A stretch of DNA of 64,000 nt from Methanobacteriota archaeon (GTDB lineage: Archaea; Methanobacteriota; Methanobacteria; Methanobacteriales; Methanobacteriaceae), in assembly GCA_963787255.1 (NCBI GenBank), contig CAWBCJ010000029.1:192001-256000 (forward strand), given 5' to 3'. The notes under the pieces were generated by a model, which saw only the letters and a list, made by a program, of their open reading frames with translations, searched no databases and had not been told where the DNA came from. The translations under genes were made by a program, and so were the position numbers. Shown here one piece after another: positions 43,378 to 55,887 of this stretch. The stretch's first letter is position 1; each line of letters starts with the position of its first letter.

Positions 43378-43840
43378 ATGATACGAAAAGCAAATAAAGA
43401 AGATATGGATAAAATTATAGATTTATGGCAGGAAATGATGGATTTCCACATTAAAAGAAGCGATCTGTATCAAATGAAACCTAATGCCCGTGAAATATAC
43501 TCAAATTACCTAAATGATGTTCTTAATAAGCCCTGAATATATTGTATTGGTCTATGAAATTGAAAATAAAGTTCTTGGATATTTAATTGCAACAGAATCT
43601 AATGAACCGCCAGTTTATGAAGGAACAGTTGGACTAATACTGGAAATATCTGTAGCTCGAAAAACATCGAAATAAAGGAATTGGAGAAAAATTAGTGGCT
43701 GAAATTGAAAAGTATTTCATAAATAAAGGATTAATAGAATTGAATGCATGGTTTCTGATTTTAATGAAGTTTCAAAACCATTTTGGTTTAAAAATGGTTA
43801 TAAGCCTTATAATTTAATGTGTTTTAAGATATTGTACTAA
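43378..43840 (+). pseudogene. GNAT acetyltransferase, several frameshifts
   Basis: Not in track. MIRKANKEDMDKIIDLWQEMMDFH..., HRNKGIGEKLV, FWFKNGYKP. Confidence 0.75.
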
Positions 43841-43862
43841 ATTTAATATTTTTAGATAAAAG

Positions 43863-44474
43863 TTATTGAATAGAATGCTCCATATTATAAGTTCCTTGGT
43901 CTTTCCAAAGCCATTTTCCGCTGGTTTTACCATAAACTTTAAACCCAAATCTTTCATACAACTTTAAAGCACCTTCGTTTTTAAAAGTCACGTCAAGAAT
44001 TACTCTCCTGCATCCTTTCTCTTCTGCAATTTTAAATGCATTTTCAAGGATGTATGTTCCAATTCCCTGACCTCTAAATTGAGGATCAACTCCCACATTG
44101 CTTAAATAGTAATCATTTTCTCCAACACTTGCTGTAAGCAGTTCATTTATTATCGTTCCCTTTATAATGTATTTTAAAAATTCCCTTAAACTTAATACTT
44201 TAGAAAATGCCTTGAAATCATTCCATAAGCTTGTTTCTCTGCCTGAAAAAGCCACCAAAATTCCAAGCACAGTTTCATCATCCTCAGCCGCCACATGAAT
44301 ATTTTCATGGCCGAATGAATTATTTCCTGCTTTTATGAGATTATTTAGATTATTTACAGCTTCATCTTCATTTTTACCAAGTAAAGGTGTGAATAATGAT
44401 AATTCTGTCTCATAAATTAATTTTGAAACTTTATCTAAGTCATGTTTATTGATATCCAGTTTTACAAACTTCAT
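43863..44474 (-). CDS. GNAT acetyltransferase
   Basis: VGVDPQFRGQGIGT, N.GA..LYERFGF. Confidence 0.9.
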   Translation of the reverse strand: MKFVKLDINKHDLDKVSKLIYETELSLFTPLLGKNEDEAVNNLNNLIKAGNNSFGHENIHVAAEDDETVLGILVAFSGRETSLWNDFKAFSKVLSLREFLKYIIKGTIINELLTASVGENDYYLSNVGVDPQFRGQGIGTYILENAFKIAEEKGCRRVILDVTFKNEGALKLYERFGFKVYGKTSGKWLWKDQGTYNMEHSIQ

Positions 44475-44686
44475 TCTATTCTCCTAGGAATAATTCATGT
44501 TTAAGAGATTTATTATGGTTATTGTAGTATTTCAGTGCTTTAAATTTAATTATGAAATATTATATTCTCTTTTTAGTGACTATTTGAAATATTTTGTTGA
44601 TGCACTTAATAATGGATCCTAGTAGAACTTTATTACTTATGAATAACTTATTATTACAATATAATATAATAAGGAGATGATGCATT

Positions 44687-44980
44687 ATGGCAAATATTGA
44701 ATTTAATATGGAAAATGTTAAAAAATGTAAATGTCCAGGATGTCCAGTACAGGCTAAAAGTAAATGTGCTATGGATAAATTAGATAAATTATCAAGCATG
44801 GGCGGAAATCCAAGTCCAGAAGACGTTCCCGGAGTTTATTGTGCCACAGGAAAAGCTACCTGCAGTGACCTAGATCCAGATCAGATGTGTCAGTGCCCTA
44901 CATGCGATATTTATAAGGAAAACAATTTAGGTTCAGGAGAACCCAATGAATACTTCTGCGCCAATGGTAAAGCAAGATAA
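44687..44980 (+). CDS. DUF2769 family Cys-rich protein
   Basis: CKCPGCP...C, YCATGKA.C, CQCPTC, YFCANG. Confidence 0.85.
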   Translation: MANIEFNMENVKKCKCPGCPVQAKSKCAMDKLDKLSSMGGNPSPEDVPGVYCATGKATCSDLDPDQMCQCPTCDIYKENNLGSGEPNEYFCANGKAR

Positions 44981-45164
44981 AAAAAATGAACATATAATAT
45001 AAAAATTTAAAATTCTTTTATTATTTTATTTTTTCAACTAATGCATATTAATATTTCTAAACTGAATTTAGGGTTTAATTCACTTTATTTTACAAAAATA
45101 ACCTTCAAAGCAGGTTATAATTCTTACAAAACTTATATAATATTGATATTATAAATATAGTTTC

Positions 45165-46964
45165 ATGGAAACAAAAGGACTTGTCCTCTTAGACATTGAT
45201 TACGTGACAGATAAAGGACTTCCAGTAGTAAGACTCTTTGGAAAAGAGGTTGGAGAAGAAAACGGACAGCCAATAATTGCTTTAGACCGGCATTTCAGGC
45301 CTTACATCTATGTGATCCCCAAAGACGATATGAAAACCTGTATCAAGCAGATTAAAACCTTAGAAGTTAATGAAGTCAATCCAATCACCAAAAAGGACTT
45401 TGGAGAAGAAATAGAACTTCTAGAAGTCGTTTTATCCCATCCACAAGAAGTTCCTAAACTTAGGGAAAAAATACTCAATTTAAGTGAAGTTAGAGAAATA
45501 CGAGAGCATGATATACCTTTTTACAGGAGATACTTAATTGATAATGCGCTTTTTCCAATGGCCGAAGTTGAAATTACAGGGAAAAGTAAAACACAAAGAT
45601 CATGCCCAGGAATGACCAATCCTGGAGAAAATATCTGTATTTTCGAAATGGAAGGAAAACCTAAACCCAAAGACGGAAAAATACATCAATTAAAGGTTAT
45701 GAGTTATGATATTGAGGTTAGAAATCCTGAAGGAATGCCCGATGCAAAAAACAATGAAATCATCATGATAAGCCTTGCCGGGAATTTTGGGCTTGAAAAA
45801 GTTCTTTCAACAAAAAAATCCTCTTTAAAATACGTTGAAACCATAAATAGTGAAAAAGAGATGATATTAAGGTTTATTGAAATTATAAACACTGAAAACC
45901 CCGATGTTATCTTGGGTTACAATTCAGATAACTTTGATTTTCCTTACATCAATGACCGGGCTAAAAAACTGGGCATATCCCTAAAATTAGGGCTTGATGG
46001 CTCTGAGATTAAATTTTTAAGGCGTGGATTCGTTTCAGCGGCAGTAATACGCGGGCGAGTTCATGTGGATCTTTATCCTATAATGAGAAGGCATTTGACC
46101 CTTGATCGTTACACTTTAGAACGAGTTTACAAGGAACTCTTCGATGAGGACAAAGAAGACATAAATGGGGACGAAATATGGAAATACTGGGATTCCGATG
46201 GTGAAATGCTAGAAGAACTCTTCGAATATTCTATGGATGATGCTATAGCTGCTTATAAAGTGGGCGAGAAAATGCTGCCTATAAACAGAGAACTAACAAG
46301 AATAATCGGACAGCCCCTTTCAGATGTGAGCCGAATGGCATCAGGTCAAATGATAGAATGGTTCCTAATAAGAAAAGCCTACGAATACGGTGAATTAGTG
46401 CCAAATAAACCTTCACAATATGAATATTCCAAAAGAAGAGGGCGTACCTACGTGGGAGGTTACGTTAAAGATCCTGTAAAAGGCCTTCATGAAAATATAG
46501 TTTCTTTCGACTTTAAGAGCCTATATCCAAGCATAATCATTTCAAAAAACATTTCCCCTGATACTATCATAAAGGGAGAAACTGAAGAAGAGCATTATAC
46601 CGCTCCCGAAGTGCCTCACAAATTTAGAAAAGAACCCCAAGGATTCATTCCTTCAATTATTGGAGAGTTACTCCAAGAAAGAGCGAAAATAAAGAAATTA
46701 ATAAAAAAAACAGATGATCCTGTGGAGCAAAGAATTTTAAATGTGCAGCAGGAAGCGCTTAAAACACTTGCAAACTCCATGTACGGCGTTTATGGTTATG
46801 CAAGGTTTAGATGGTACCGTCACGAATGCGCGGATGCAGTAACTGCATGGGGTAGAGATTACATTAAAAAAACCATGAAAAGGGCAGAAGAATTCGGTTT
46901 TAAGGCAATATATGCCGATACTGATGGATTTTATGCAACATACACAGGAAAAGTAGAAAAATAG
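45165..46964 (+). CDS. polB1: Split family B DNA polymerase, large subunit
   Basis: [44 protein letters not shown]; ends just after YADTDG. Confidence 0.93.
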   Translation: METKGLVLLDIDYVTDKGLPVVRLFGKEVGEENGQPIIALDRHFRPYIYVIPKDDMKTCIKQIKTLEVNEVNPITKKDFGEEIELLEVVLSHPQEVPKLREKILNLSEVREIREHDIPFYRRYLIDNALFPMAEVEITGKSKTQRSCPGMTNPGENICIFEMEGKPKPKDGKIHQLKVMSYDIEVRNPEGMPDAKNNEIIMISLAGNFGLEKVLSTKKSSLKYVETINSEKEMILRFIEIINTENPDVILGYNSDNFDFPYINDRAKKLGISLKLGLDGSEIKFLRRGFVSAAVIRGRVHVDLYPIMRRHLTLDRYTLERVYKELFDEDKEDINGDEIWKYWDSDGEMLEELFEYSMDDAIAAYKVGEKMLPINRELTRIIGQPLSDVSRMASGQMIEWFLIRKAYEYGELVPNKPSQYEYSKRRGRTYVGGYVKDPVKGLHENIVSFDFKSLYPSIIISKNISPDTIIKGETEEEHYTAPEVPHKFRKEPQGFIPSIIGELLQERAKIKKLIKKTDDPVEQRILNVQQEALKTLANSMYGVYGYARFRWYRHECADAVTAWGRDYIKKTMKRAEEFGFKAIYADTDGFYATYTGKVEK

Positions 46965-46976
46965 AATGGTTTTAAA

Positions 46977-47663
46977 ATGGCTGAAGAGACCTTAAAAGAA
47001 AAGTTTGACCAAGCAGCGAAAACTTATGATAAATCACGGAAATTACTCATTCCATGTTTTGAAGATTTTTACAAAGTAACAGTAGATCTTGCTGATTCAG
47101 TGAAAGAAAAACCTAAAATACTTGATTTAGGCGCAGGTACTGGATTATTAACCGCATATTTATTTAAAAAGCATGAAAATGCAGAATTTACTTTAATTGA
47201 CATGTCCCAAGAAATGCTTAAAGCTGCTAAAATGAGATTTAACAGCCACAAAAACTTTAAATATGTTATAGCGGATTATTCTAACTATAATTTTGAGAAT
47301 TCATTTGATATTATAGTTTCATCTCTTTCAATACATCATCTAGAAGACAATGATAAAGAAAAGCTATATAAAAAGGCTTATAATATGTTGAATGGCAATG
47401 GAATTTTTTTAAACGCTGATCAGATATTAGGACCAACCAAAGAAGTGGAAAAAAACTATCAAAGAAACTGGATGGAAAAAATAAAATCTCAAGGCATTCA
47501 TGAGGATAAATTAAAATCAGCTTCAGAACGGATGAAATTTGACAAACCAGCTCTTCTTGAAGATAATTTAAAATGGCTTAAAGAAAGCGGTTTTACTGAT
47601 GTGGATATTTACTACAAATACTACAATTTCGGCGTTTTCTACGGTAAAAAGAAAGAAAAATAG
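46977..47663 (+). CDS. Class I SAM-dependent methyltransferase
   Basis: ILDLGAGTG, VSSLSIHHL. Confidence 0.9.
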   Translation: MAEETLKEKFDQAAKTYDKSRKLLIPCFEDFYKVTVDLADSVKEKPKILDLGAGTGLLTAYLFKKHENAEFTLIDMSQEMLKAAKMRFNSHKNFKYVIADYSNYNFENSFDIIVSSLSIHHLEDNDKEKLYKKAYNMLNGNGIFLNADQILGPTKEVEKNYQRNWMEKIKSQGIHEDKLKSASERMKFDKPALLEDNLKWLKESGFTDVDIYYKYYNFGVFYGKKKEK

Positions 47664-47689
47664 ATAAATTAACGCTGAAGTGGATTAAA

Positions 47690-48148
47690 ATGAATATAAG
47701 TTACATAGAGCTTAATAAAAATGAAATTAACCTGATTAAACCTTTATGGGAAAATTTAAAAGTACATCATCATGAATTATCCCCACATTTCCCCGAAAGA
47801 TACATGCAGTTTACATTTGAGGAAAGAAAGGAAGAAATATTGAAAAAATCAGGAAATGGAACCCTAAAACTGGATATAGTTAAAGATGAAGATACTATGC
47901 AGCATATTGGATACTGCATAAGCTCCATATCAAAAGAGAATGTAGGAGAAGTAGATTCAATATATTTAAATGAAAAATACCGATCTTCAGGCATTGGTTC
48001 CCATCTTGTGAAGCGTGCGCTTAACTGGATGGATGAAAAAAACGTGAAAAGTAAACAGATAGTGGTTGCTGTTGGAAACGAGGAACTGCTTTCATTTTAT
48101 GAAAAATTTGATTTCCTTCCAAGACATATAATATTAGAACAAAAATAA
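47690..48148 (+). CDS. GNAT acetyltransferase
   Basis: YRSSGIG, V..GNE...FYEKF. Confidence 0.88.
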   Translation: MNISYIELNKNEINLIKPLWENLKVHHHELSPHFPERYMQFTFEERKEEILKKSGNGTLKLDIVKDEDTMQHIGYCISSISKENVGEVDSIYLNEKYRSSGIGSHLVKRALNWMDEKNVKSKQIVVAVGNEELLSFYEKFDFLPRHIILEQK

Positions 48149-48166
48149 TTGTTATGAGGCATTCCT

Positions 48167-48874
48167 ATGCAGCTTGAATACACCATCAAAATAATGGCAG
48201 AACACGAAGGTACAGATTTTTTCGGTGTTGCAGACTTATCAGCGGTTAAAGATAAAGTAATTGAACAAGGAAGCTCTTTTGTAGCTGATTACCCTAAAGC
48301 TATTTCCCTTGGAATTAGATTACCGGATTCAATTGTTGACGCACTGCCAAACAGGGATAATCCTGCCGTGGCTGTTAATTACCGGCACGCTTATGACATT
48401 ACTAATTTACGCCTTGACCTTTTAACATCAAAGTTAGCAAGCATCATCCAACAGGACGGCCACAAAGCACTGGCTGTTCCCGCATCAGAGCGTTATGACG
48501 ATGAACGCATCTGCGCCGTTTTTTCACATAAATTAGCAGCAAATTTGGCCGGTCTTGGATGGATAGGAAAAAGCTGTCTTTTTGTAACACCAGAAGCCGG
48601 TCCAAGAGTTCGCTGGGCCACAATACTTACAGATGCACCTCTTAAAATAACAGGAGAACCAATAGAATCAAAATGTGTTGATTGTAGTGAATGTGTGGAC
48701 ATATGTCCTGTAAATGCATTTACTGGAGAAACTTTCAGGGAAAATGAACCTCGAGAAGCAAGATACGATGCTAAAAAGTGCGAAGAATATTTATATAATT
48801 CAAAAAATGATTCTGAATGGACTGTATGTGGATTATGTGTGTACATTTGTCCTCATGGAAAAAATAAAAAATAA
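48167..48874 (+). CDS. QueG/reductive-dehalogenase-like 2x[4Fe-4S] protein
   Basis: [27 protein letters not shown]...CGLCVYICP. Confidence 0.85.
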   Translation: MQLEYTIKIMAEHEGTDFFGVADLSAVKDKVIEQGSSFVADYPKAISLGIRLPDSIVDALPNRDNPAVAVNYRHAYDITNLRLDLLTSKLASIIQQDGHKALAVPASERYDDERICAVFSHKLAANLAGLGWIGKSCLFVTPEAGPRVRWATILTDAPLKITGEPIESKCVDCSECVDICPVNAFTGETFRENEPREARYDAKKCEEYLYNSKNDSEWTVCGLCVYICPHGKNKK

Positions 48875-49393
48875 TTAGAGAGTCATGTATTTTTCACTGC
48901 TTATAATCTCGCTTAAATGCTTTCTTGGTCTTTGGTGCGGCTCTTCATCAGCATATCCCAATGTAAACATTGCTGGAACTCTTATATTTTCTGGAATCTG
49001 TAAAATATTCCTGACTTTTTCTTCGTCATATGCACCCAGCCAGCATGTTCCAAGACCTTGTTCTGTGGCTTCAAGAATCATAAATGACACTGCAATTGAA
49101 ATATCCACTGTATATGCAAATTGACCACATGGCATTACTCTTTTTGATTCTGTTGAGCATGCAACAATAGTAATTGGAGCTTCGCCAACAAATTTTTGGC
49201 CATTAGCGGCTTCTACAAGCTTTTCTCTTGTTTCTTTGCTTTTTACAACTATAAATTTCCATTCCTGCCGGTTTGCAGCGGATGGTGCAATTCGAGCACA
49301 TTCTAATATATTTTCAAGCTTTTCATCGTCAACTGATTTGTTTTTGTATTTTCTAATGCTTCTTCTTTTACTTATAGCTTCAAAAACATCCAT
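48875..49393 (-). CDS. Nitroreductase family protein
   Basis: [25 protein letters not shown]. Confidence 0.9.
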   Translation of the reverse strand: MDVFEAISKRRSIRKYKNKSVDDEKLENILECARIAPSAANRQEWKFIVVKSKETREKLVEAANGQKFVGEAPITIVACSTESKRVMPCGQFAYTVDISIAVSFMILEATEQGLGTCWLGAYDEEKVRNILQIPENIRVPAMFTLGYADEEPHQRPRKHLSEIISSEKYMTL

Positions 49394-49423
49394 GGTTAAC
49401 CTCCTATATATAAAAATTTTTAA

Positions 49424-50191
49424 TTAATCTTTAAAAGATTGTTTAGTTAATTTAACTGCGAAAACACCGGCTCCAAATCCGTTATCAATATTTACAACAG
49501 CAATACCGGGAGCACATGACTGAAGCATTGCATAAAGAGCCGTGAATCCACCTGCACCTACACCATAACCTATAGATGTTGGAACGCCTATTACAGGGAC
49601 GTCAACAAGTCCTGCAACCACTGAAGGTAAAGCTCCTTCCATTCCGGCTACCACAATTAATGCTTTAACATCTTCCTCAAGCATTTGTTTTAATGGGGGG
49701 AAAATTCGGTGCATTCCAGCCACTCCCGCATCATAAGCCGTCAAAACTTCACAACCCATTTCTTCAGCTGTAATTCGTGCCTCTTCAGCAACTGGAATAT
49801 CTGAAGTTCCTGCAGTTAAAATTCCAATTTTGCCCTTTTTTTCTATTTCGCGATTTTTAATTACCAGAACGCGCGCTTTTCTATTATATTGAAATTTAAG
49901 CCCATTATCTTTAATAACTTCAATTTTTGGCTTTATTAATTCATATCGATCCCCAGTTAGCCTTGTAACCATCACATGACCTATATGGGCACAATACAAG
50001 ATTATTTTTAGCAGATCTTCATCTTCCTTATTTTCTGCAAATATTACTTCAGGGATACCTGTTCTTAAGTGTCTTGATGTGTCTAATCTTGCAAAATCTT
50101 CCAGTTCATCAATATGAGAAGTTTTTAACATCTTTTCGGCTTCTTCAAGGGAAATTTCATTATTTACGAGCTTTTGAAGTATTTCTTTCAT
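49424..50191 (-). CDS. larB: Nickel-pincer cofactor biosynthesis protein LarB
   Basis: [43 protein letters not shown]. Confidence 0.92.
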   Translation of the reverse strand: MKEILQKLVNNEISLEEAEKMLKTSHIDELEDFARLDTSRHLRTGIPEVIFAENKEDEDLLKIILYCAHIGHVMVTRLTGDRYELIKPKIEVIKDNGLKFQYNRKARVLVIKNREIEKKGKIGILTAGTSDIPVAEEARITAEEMGCEVLTAYDAGVAGMHRIFPPLKQMLEEDVKALIVVAGMEGALPSVVAGLVDVPVIGVPTSIGYGVGAGGFTALYAMLQSCAPGIAVVNIDNGFGAGVFAVKLTKQSFKD

Positions 50192-50299
50192 AGTATCACT
50201 ATTTTTATCTACTTATAATATAAAGATTAAAATATAAAAATTAATTCACTTATTTTATATTAAAAACAAAATAATCAATATAATGCAAGTTCTTGAGGT

Positions 50300-52612
50300 G
50301 TGGAATTGGAAAAAGCCAGGATTATAGTGCAGGGAATCGTTCAAGGAGTTGGATTTAGACCAACCGTTTACAGAATAGCCAAAGAATTAGGTTTAAAAGG
50401 ATCAGTGCGAAATCTTGGAAACAGTGTTGAAATTATTCTTGAAGGCACTAATGGACAGATTGAAGAATTTGTGAAAAATTTAAAGCTTAACAAACCTCCC
50501 ATTTCTAAAATCAACAGCTTGAAAATAAAATGGATGGGTTCTCTAGAGGAATCTGAATTTGACGATTTTATAATACTGGAAAGTTCTGCTGAGTTTTCAG
50601 GTTCATCTGTTATTCCCCCAGATGTTGCAGTTTGCGACAAATGCTTGGAAGATATATTTAATAAAGGAAATAGTAGGTTTAAATATCCTTTTACTGCATG
50701 TACTGATTGTGGACCTCGTTTTACGGTTATAAATTCAATTCCTTATGATCGTGAAAGAACTTCAATGGATGAATTCCCTCTTTGTGATGAATGCATGATT
50801 GAGTACCGTGATCCTCTGGATCGACGCTATCATGCCGAGGCAACCTGTTGTCCCACATGCGGACCTTCCGTTTTCTTATACAAAGAGGGGATTATAGATG
50901 TTGGAAATCCAATAGCAGAGGCTGCAAAACTGATAGATGAAGGTAATATACTTGCAATTAAGGGAATTGGTGGAACTCATCTTGTTGCAAAGACAACAGA
51001 AGACGATCCTGTTATTAATTTAAGAGAACGGCTCGGGCGATTTAACCAGCCCTTTGCATGCATGTCTCCGTCAATTGAAACTGTAAAGACATTTGCAGAA
51101 GTTGCAGATTTTGAAGAAAAAGCTTTGGTTTCTAGAAGAAGACCTATTGTGGTGCTCAATAAAAATGAGAACTACTATCTTGCGCCTTCTGTTTCTCCAA
51201 AGCTTCATAATCTTGGAATAATGCTCCCTTATTCCGGACTGCATCATTTACTTTTCCAGGAAACTGATGAGCCAGCTTACATTATGACATCAGCAAATAT
51301 ACCTGGAGAACCCATGCTCATAGATAATGGGGAAATTATTGCAAAATTAGAAGGAATAGTAGATTATCACCTTCTTCACGATAGAAAAATAGTGAACAGA
51401 TGTGATGATTCAGTTATAAGATTTAGAGCTGGCGATTTAGCATTTATAAGGCGTTCAAGGGGCTATGTACCTGAACCATACGATTTCTCTAACATAGCTA
51501 GTGATATAAACATTCTTGCTCTTGGTCCTGAGCTTGATGTGACATTTGCACTTCTTAAAGATCAGAAATGTTACGTATCACAGCACATTGGGAATACAAC
51601 CAAATATGAAACTTATAATTATCTTCAAGAAGCTATTGATTACATGATGGGCATAACAAAGACAGAAAGTATAGATGTTGTGGCCTGCGACCTGCATCCA
51701 ATGTTTTTTACCACTAAACTTGCACATGAACTGAGTGAAAAGTTTGAATGTGATGTTTTTGGCGTGCAGCATCACCACGCGCATGCAGGAGCGCTTTTTG
51801 TTGATCATGGAATTGAAGAACTTATATGTATCGCTGCAGACGGCGTAGGATACGGAGCAGACGGATCAGCATGGGGTGGCGAGATATTACACGCTAAAGG
51901 AGAAAATTATGAGAGGTTGGGAAGTTTGATGTCTCAAAGTATGGCTGGTGGGGATTTAACCACAAAATATCCTGTAAGAATGGTTATGGCAATGCTTTAC
52001 GATTATTACGATATAGAAGAGCTTAAAGAGTTAATGGAAAATGATTATATCCATTATTTTAAATATGGAACTAAAGAAATAGATTTAATTTTAAAACAGT
52101 TTGATAGGCAATTTAATATCCAAAAAACAACCAGTACCGGTAGAGTACTTGATGCAATTTCAGCAGCTCTTGGGATTTGCGGCGAAAGAACTTACGAGGG
52201 TGAGTGTGCCATGAAACTTGAATCAGTAGCTTATCGAGGAAAAGATACCTGTGAAATTCCTGTTGAAATCAAAAATAAGGGTGGAATAAATGTTCTAGAT
52301 ACTTCAAGTATATTAATGTCTGTTTTAGATGAGAAAAGCACAGGTAAACGTGTTGTAGATATTGCTTGCTCTGCACAAAAGGCTGTTGCTGTTGGTCTTG
52401 CAAAATTAGGTATTAAAGCAGCTGATAAAACAGAAGTAAATGTAATAGGCGCAACAGGCGGGGTATTTTACAACGAAGCCATCAGTAAAACAACCAGAGA
52501 TGTTGTAACAGAAAGTGGCTATGACTTTATTCAACACAAAAATACATGTGCTGGAGACGGTTCAGTTTCTTTAGGGCAAGCAGCTATAGCTGCTTTGCAT
52601 TATAAAAATTAA
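50300..52612 (+). CDS. hypF: [NiFe] hydrogenase maturation carbamoyltransferase
   Basis: [10 protein letters not shown], Zn fingers, KGIGG.HL, QHHHAH, DG.GYG.DG..WGGE. Confidence 0.97.
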   Translation: MELEKARIIVQGIVQGVGFRPTVYRIAKELGLKGSVRNLGNSVEIILEGTNGQIEEFVKNLKLNKPPISKINSLKIKWMGSLEESEFDDFIILESSAEFSGSSVIPPDVAVCDKCLEDIFNKGNSRFKYPFTACTDCGPRFTVINSIPYDRERTSMDEFPLCDECMIEYRDPLDRRYHAEATCCPTCGPSVFLYKEGIIDVGNPIAEAAKLIDEGNILAIKGIGGTHLVAKTTEDDPVINLRERLGRFNQPFACMSPSIETVKTFAEVADFEEKALVSRRRPIVVLNKNENYYLAPSVSPKLHNLGIMLPYSGLHHLLFQETDEPAYIMTSANIPGEPMLIDNGEIIAKLEGIVDYHLLHDRKIVNRCDDSVIRFRAGDLAFIRRSRGYVPEPYDFSNIASDINILALGPELDVTFALLKDQKCYVSQHIGNTTKYETYNYLQEAIDYMMGITKTESIDVVACDLHPMFFTTKLAHELSEKFECDVFGVQHHHAHAGALFVDHGIEELICIAADGVGYGADGSAWGGEILHAKGENYERLGSLMSQSMAGGDLTTKYPVRMVMAMLYDYYDIEELKELMENDYIHYFKYGTKEIDLILKQFDRQFNIQKTTSTGRVLDAISAALGICGERTYEGECAMKLESVAYRGKDTCEIPVEIKNKGGINVLDTSSILMSVLDEKSTGKRVVDIACSAQKAVAVGLAKLGIKAADKTEVNVIGATGGVFYNEAISKTTRDVVTESGYDFIQHKNTCAGDGSVSLGQAAIAALHYKN

Positions 52613-52660
52613 TGAATAAAAAAAAATCTTAATTTCTATGTTATCATAGATAACTTAATA

Positions 52661-53134
52661 TTAAGGATGCTCAGTATTTCCCTCTAATAATTTTATTATA
52701 TTTCTCCTTCTTTTTGCTTCCATTAATAATATTTCAGCATATCTTTTTGCTTTATCATATCTATCAATAAGGTCTTCTAGATCCTCAATTACATCTTCAT
52801 GTCCCAAAGTGAATTTATCCTCCAGTTCCTGCAATTTTGAGAAATCATCTCCCCTTATATCCATTTTAATAGTATCCCCATCTATACATATTTGAATTTC
52901 TACTTTTTGAGATATTCCATAATATTTTCGTGGTCTGCCCCTTTCTATTTTCTGAAAAGATGATCTAAGCATTCCCAGCTCTTCCATTGCTCTTAAGTGT
53001 TCAATTATTGCTTTTTGACCTATTTCGAGCTCTTTAGATATCTCACTTACAAAGCGGGGCTCCTGTGTTAAAAGGCTTAGTATATCTCTTCTTGTTTTGC
53101 ACCCCATTACGTCGAGTATTGATTCCATGTCCAT
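52661..53134 (-). CDS. Archaeal heat-shock regulator (Phr/HSR1-like HTH)
   Basis: [35 protein letters not shown]; divergent from grpE-dnaK-dnaJ. Confidence 0.82.
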   Translation of the reverse strand: MDMESILDVMGCKTRRDILSLLTQEPRFVSEISKELEIGQKAIIEHLRAMEELGMLRSSFQKIERGRPRKYYGISQKVEIQICIDGDTIKMDIRGDDFSKLQELEDKFTLGHEDVIEDLEDLIDRYDKAKRYAEILLMEAKRRRNIIKLLEGNTEHP

Positions 53135-53210
53135 ATTATCCCTTTATATCCTATGATTAATAAAAAAATGATTCTAATTAAAAATTTTATTTTAATGATT
53201 ATAGTTTAGT

Positions 53211-53237
53211 CGAAAGATTTATATAACCTTTTGTTAC
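53211..53237 (+). promoter_or_regulatory. grpE-dnaK promoter with overlapping TAAC-N5-GTTA operator
   Basis: CGAAAGA-TTTATATA, then TAAC-CTTTT-GTTA at 53224-53236. Confidence 0.7.
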
Positions 53238-53288
53238 TATAACCTATTAAAGATTACTACTATTTTTATCACTGCAAAAGGTGAATTA

Positions 53289-53804
53289 ATGACCGATAAA
53301 GATGAACTGAAAACGTTAAAGAACGATCTGAAAGAGAAAGAAGAGTCAATTGAAGATCTAAACAAGCAAATTGAAGAAAAAGATCAGAAAATTGATGATT
53401 ACTATTCTCAAATGCAGCGTCTTCAAGCTGATTTTGAAAACTACAAGAAAAGAACTGAAAAAGACAGGAAAGAATACATAAAATACGCTACTGAAGGATT
53501 AATCATTAAAATAATAGACATTTATGAGGATCTTGAAAGAGCGCTAAAATCAGCCGAAGAAGGAGAAAACCTTAAATCAGGTGTTGAATTGATTTATAAA
53601 AACTTAAAAGATGTGCTTGAAAAAGAAGGGCTTTCTGAAATTCCCACAGAAGGGGAAAAATTCGATCCTTTTAAGCATGAAGCCCTCATGACTGAAAAAC
53701 ATGAAGATTATGACAGCGGCACGGTGACAGAAACACTTGCAAGGGGATACGCCCTTAACTCAAAGATAATCAAATGTGCAATGGTTAAAGTCTGTAAAAA
53801 ATAA
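53289..53804 (+). CDS. grpE: Nucleotide exchange factor GrpE
   Basis: [20 protein letters not shown]. Confidence 0.96.
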   Translation: MTDKDELKTLKNDLKEKEESIEDLNKQIEEKDQKIDDYYSQMQRLQADFENYKKRTEKDRKEYIKYATEGLIIKIIDIYEDLERALKSAEEGENLKSGVELIYKNLKDVLEKEGLSEIPTEGEKFDPFKHEALMTEKHEDYDSGTVTETLARGYALNSKIIKCAMVKVCKK

Positions 53805-53880
53805 AAATAATCCTTAAATATATTTTAAATTCAAAAAAATAATAAAATTATATGTAAATAAATAAAAACAAGGTGATATT

Positions 53881-55758
53881 ATGGCTAATAATAAAAAAGA
53901 AAAAATTATAGGTATAGATCTTGGAACAAGTAACTCTGCAGCTGCAGCATTAGTTGGTGGAAAGCCCACCATCATACCAAGTGCAGAAGGAGCTACACAG
54001 TACGGTAAAGCATTTCCAAGTTATGTTGCATTCACTCAAGACGGACAAAGGCTAGTTGGGGAACCTGCAAGAAGACAGGCTGTAACAAACCCAGAAAATA
54101 CTATAAGCGCCATAAAAAGGAGCATGGGAACAGATTACAAAGTAAATGTAATGGGAAAACAATACAGTCCTCAAGAAATCTCAGCTTTTATCTTACAAAA
54201 AATCAAAAAGGATGCAGAAGCTTTCCTTGGAGAAGAAGTGCACAAAGCTGTAATTACAGTTCCAGCATACTTTAACGATAACCAGAGGACTGCCACTAAA
54301 GACGCAGGTACAATAGCCGGTCTTGAAGTTGTAAGGCTCGTAAACGAACCTACAGCCGCAAGTCTTGCTTATGGTATTGATAAAGAACAGGAAGAAGAGT
54401 TAGAAATTATGGTTTTCGATTTCGGTGGGGGAACACTTGATGTTACCATAATGGAATTCGGTGGAGGAGTATTTGAAGTAAGATCCACCAGTGGTGACAC
54501 CAAGCTCGGTGGAACCGACATGGACAACACTATAATGAACTACCTTGCAGATGAATTCAAACGAGACACCGGCGTAGACCTTATGGTTGACGATCAGGCT
54601 GTCCAGAGATTAAGAGAAGCAGCAGAAAAAGCAAAAATAGAACTTTCAACAACCCTAACAACTGATATTAATCTTCCATTCATAACAGCAACTGCAGAAG
54701 GTCCGAAACACTTAACAACAACACTAACAAGAGCTAAACTCGAAGAATTGGTCGATTCAATCATTAAAAGATGTTCAGGATCAGTGGAACAGGCAATATC
54801 CGATGCTAAAATGTCCAAATCAGACATAGACAAGATTATTTTAGTCGGAGGCCCAACAAGAATGCCTGTTGTCCAGAAATTCGTTGAAGACCTCATTGGT
54901 AAACCAGTCGAAAGAGGAATAGACCCAATGGAATGTGTAGCTATGGGTGCAGCAATCCAAGCAGGAGTTCTAGCCGGAGAAATTAAAGACCTCGTATTAC
55001 TCGATGTTACACCATTATCTCTCGGAATAGAAACCCTTGGCAATGTAGCTACCAAATTAATTGAAAGAAACACCACAATTCCAACTAAAAAGAGTCAAAT
55101 ATTCTCAACAGCAGCAGATAGCCAGACTTCAGTAGATATTCACGTTTTACAGGGTGAAAGACCGCTGGCACATGATAACACCACCCTTGGAAGATTCCAG
55201 TTAGTAGGAATACCACCAGCACCAAGAGGAATCCCCCAAATTGAAGTAACATTCGATATTGACGCAAATGGTATCATGAACGTTTCAGCTAAAGATATGG
55301 GAACAGGAAAAGAACAGGCAATTACAATAACTGCCTCAACTAAATTATCAAAAGATGAAATTGACCAGAAAGTCAAAGAAGCTGAAATGCACGCTGAAGA
55401 AGACAAGAAGAAACAGGAAGAAATTCAGGTCAGGAACGACGCTGATTCAATGATTTACACTTCAGAAAAAACTCTTGAAGAACTCGGCGACAAGGTAGAT
55501 CCTGAACAGAAGACTAAAATTGAAGGCCTAGTTAAAGAACTCAGAGAATTAATTGGCGGAGATGACATAGCTGCTATTAAAGCCAAGACTGATGAATTAA
55601 CTAAAGTAGTGCAGGAAGTTGGTGCTAAAATCTACCAGGAAGCACAACAGGCCCAACAAGCACAGCAGCAAGCTGAACAGAATGCACAGGGTGCTCAGGA
55701 AGGCCAGAAGGGTGGAGATGACGACACTATTGATGCTGATTACGAAGTAAAAAAATAA
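53881..55758 (+). CDS. dnaK: Chaperone DnaK
   Basis: [33 protein letters not shown]. Confidence 0.98.
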   Translation: MANNKKEKIIGIDLGTSNSAAAALVGGKPTIIPSAEGATQYGKAFPSYVAFTQDGQRLVGEPARRQAVTNPENTISAIKRSMGTDYKVNVMGKQYSPQEISAFILQKIKKDAEAFLGEEVHKAVITVPAYFNDNQRTATKDAGTIAGLEVVRLVNEPTAASLAYGIDKEQEEELEIMVFDFGGGTLDVTIMEFGGGVFEVRSTSGDTKLGGTDMDNTIMNYLADEFKRDTGVDLMVDDQAVQRLREAAEKAKIELSTTLTTDINLPFITATAEGPKHLTTTLTRAKLEELVDSIIKRCSGSVEQAISDAKMSKSDIDKIILVGGPTRMPVVQKFVEDLIGKPVERGIDPMECVAMGAAIQAGVLAGEIKDLVLLDVTPLSLGIETLGNVATKLIERNTTIPTKKSQIFSTAADSQTSVDIHVLQGERPLAHDNTTLGRFQLVGIPPAPRGIPQIEVTFDIDANGIMNVSAKDMGTGKEQAITITASTKLSKDEIDQKVKEAEMHAEEDKKKQEEIQVRNDADSMIYTSEKTLEELGDKVDPEQKTKIEGLVKELRELIGGDDIAAIKAKTDELTKVVQEVGAKIYQEAQQAQQAQQQAEQNAQGAQEGQKGGDDDTIDADYEVKK

Positions 55759-55812
55759 ATTCCTAAGGGGTAAAGATAAATAGGAAAAATTTACAAAATA
55801 AATTAATAATTA

Positions 55813-55830
55813 GTAGAGGATTTCCTCTAC
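55813..55830. other. Intergenic hairpin between dnaK and dnaJ
   Basis: GTAGAGG-ATTT-CCTCTAC. Confidence 0.45.
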
Positions 55831-55887
55831 ATCCCTACTTTTAGATAAAACTAATTTTTTATTAATATTATATGAGGGTAAGATTAA

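Noticed and set aside
15300-45165. tRNA-Gln-integrated island with attL/attR
   Set aside because: No second copy of the tRNA 3' end and no integrase seen by eye; accessory genes also lie upstream of the tRNA
48167-48874. Calling this queG or a true reductive dehalogenase
   Set aside because: Archaea lack queuosine; the protein is short, with no Tat signal or rdhB
52640-52654. GTTATC-ATA-GATAAC palindrome as an operator
   Set aside because: Lies between convergent 3' ends, so at most a termination or stability hairpin
55636-55710. Q/A-rich repeat in dnaK
   Set aside because: Ordinary disordered DnaK C-terminal tail
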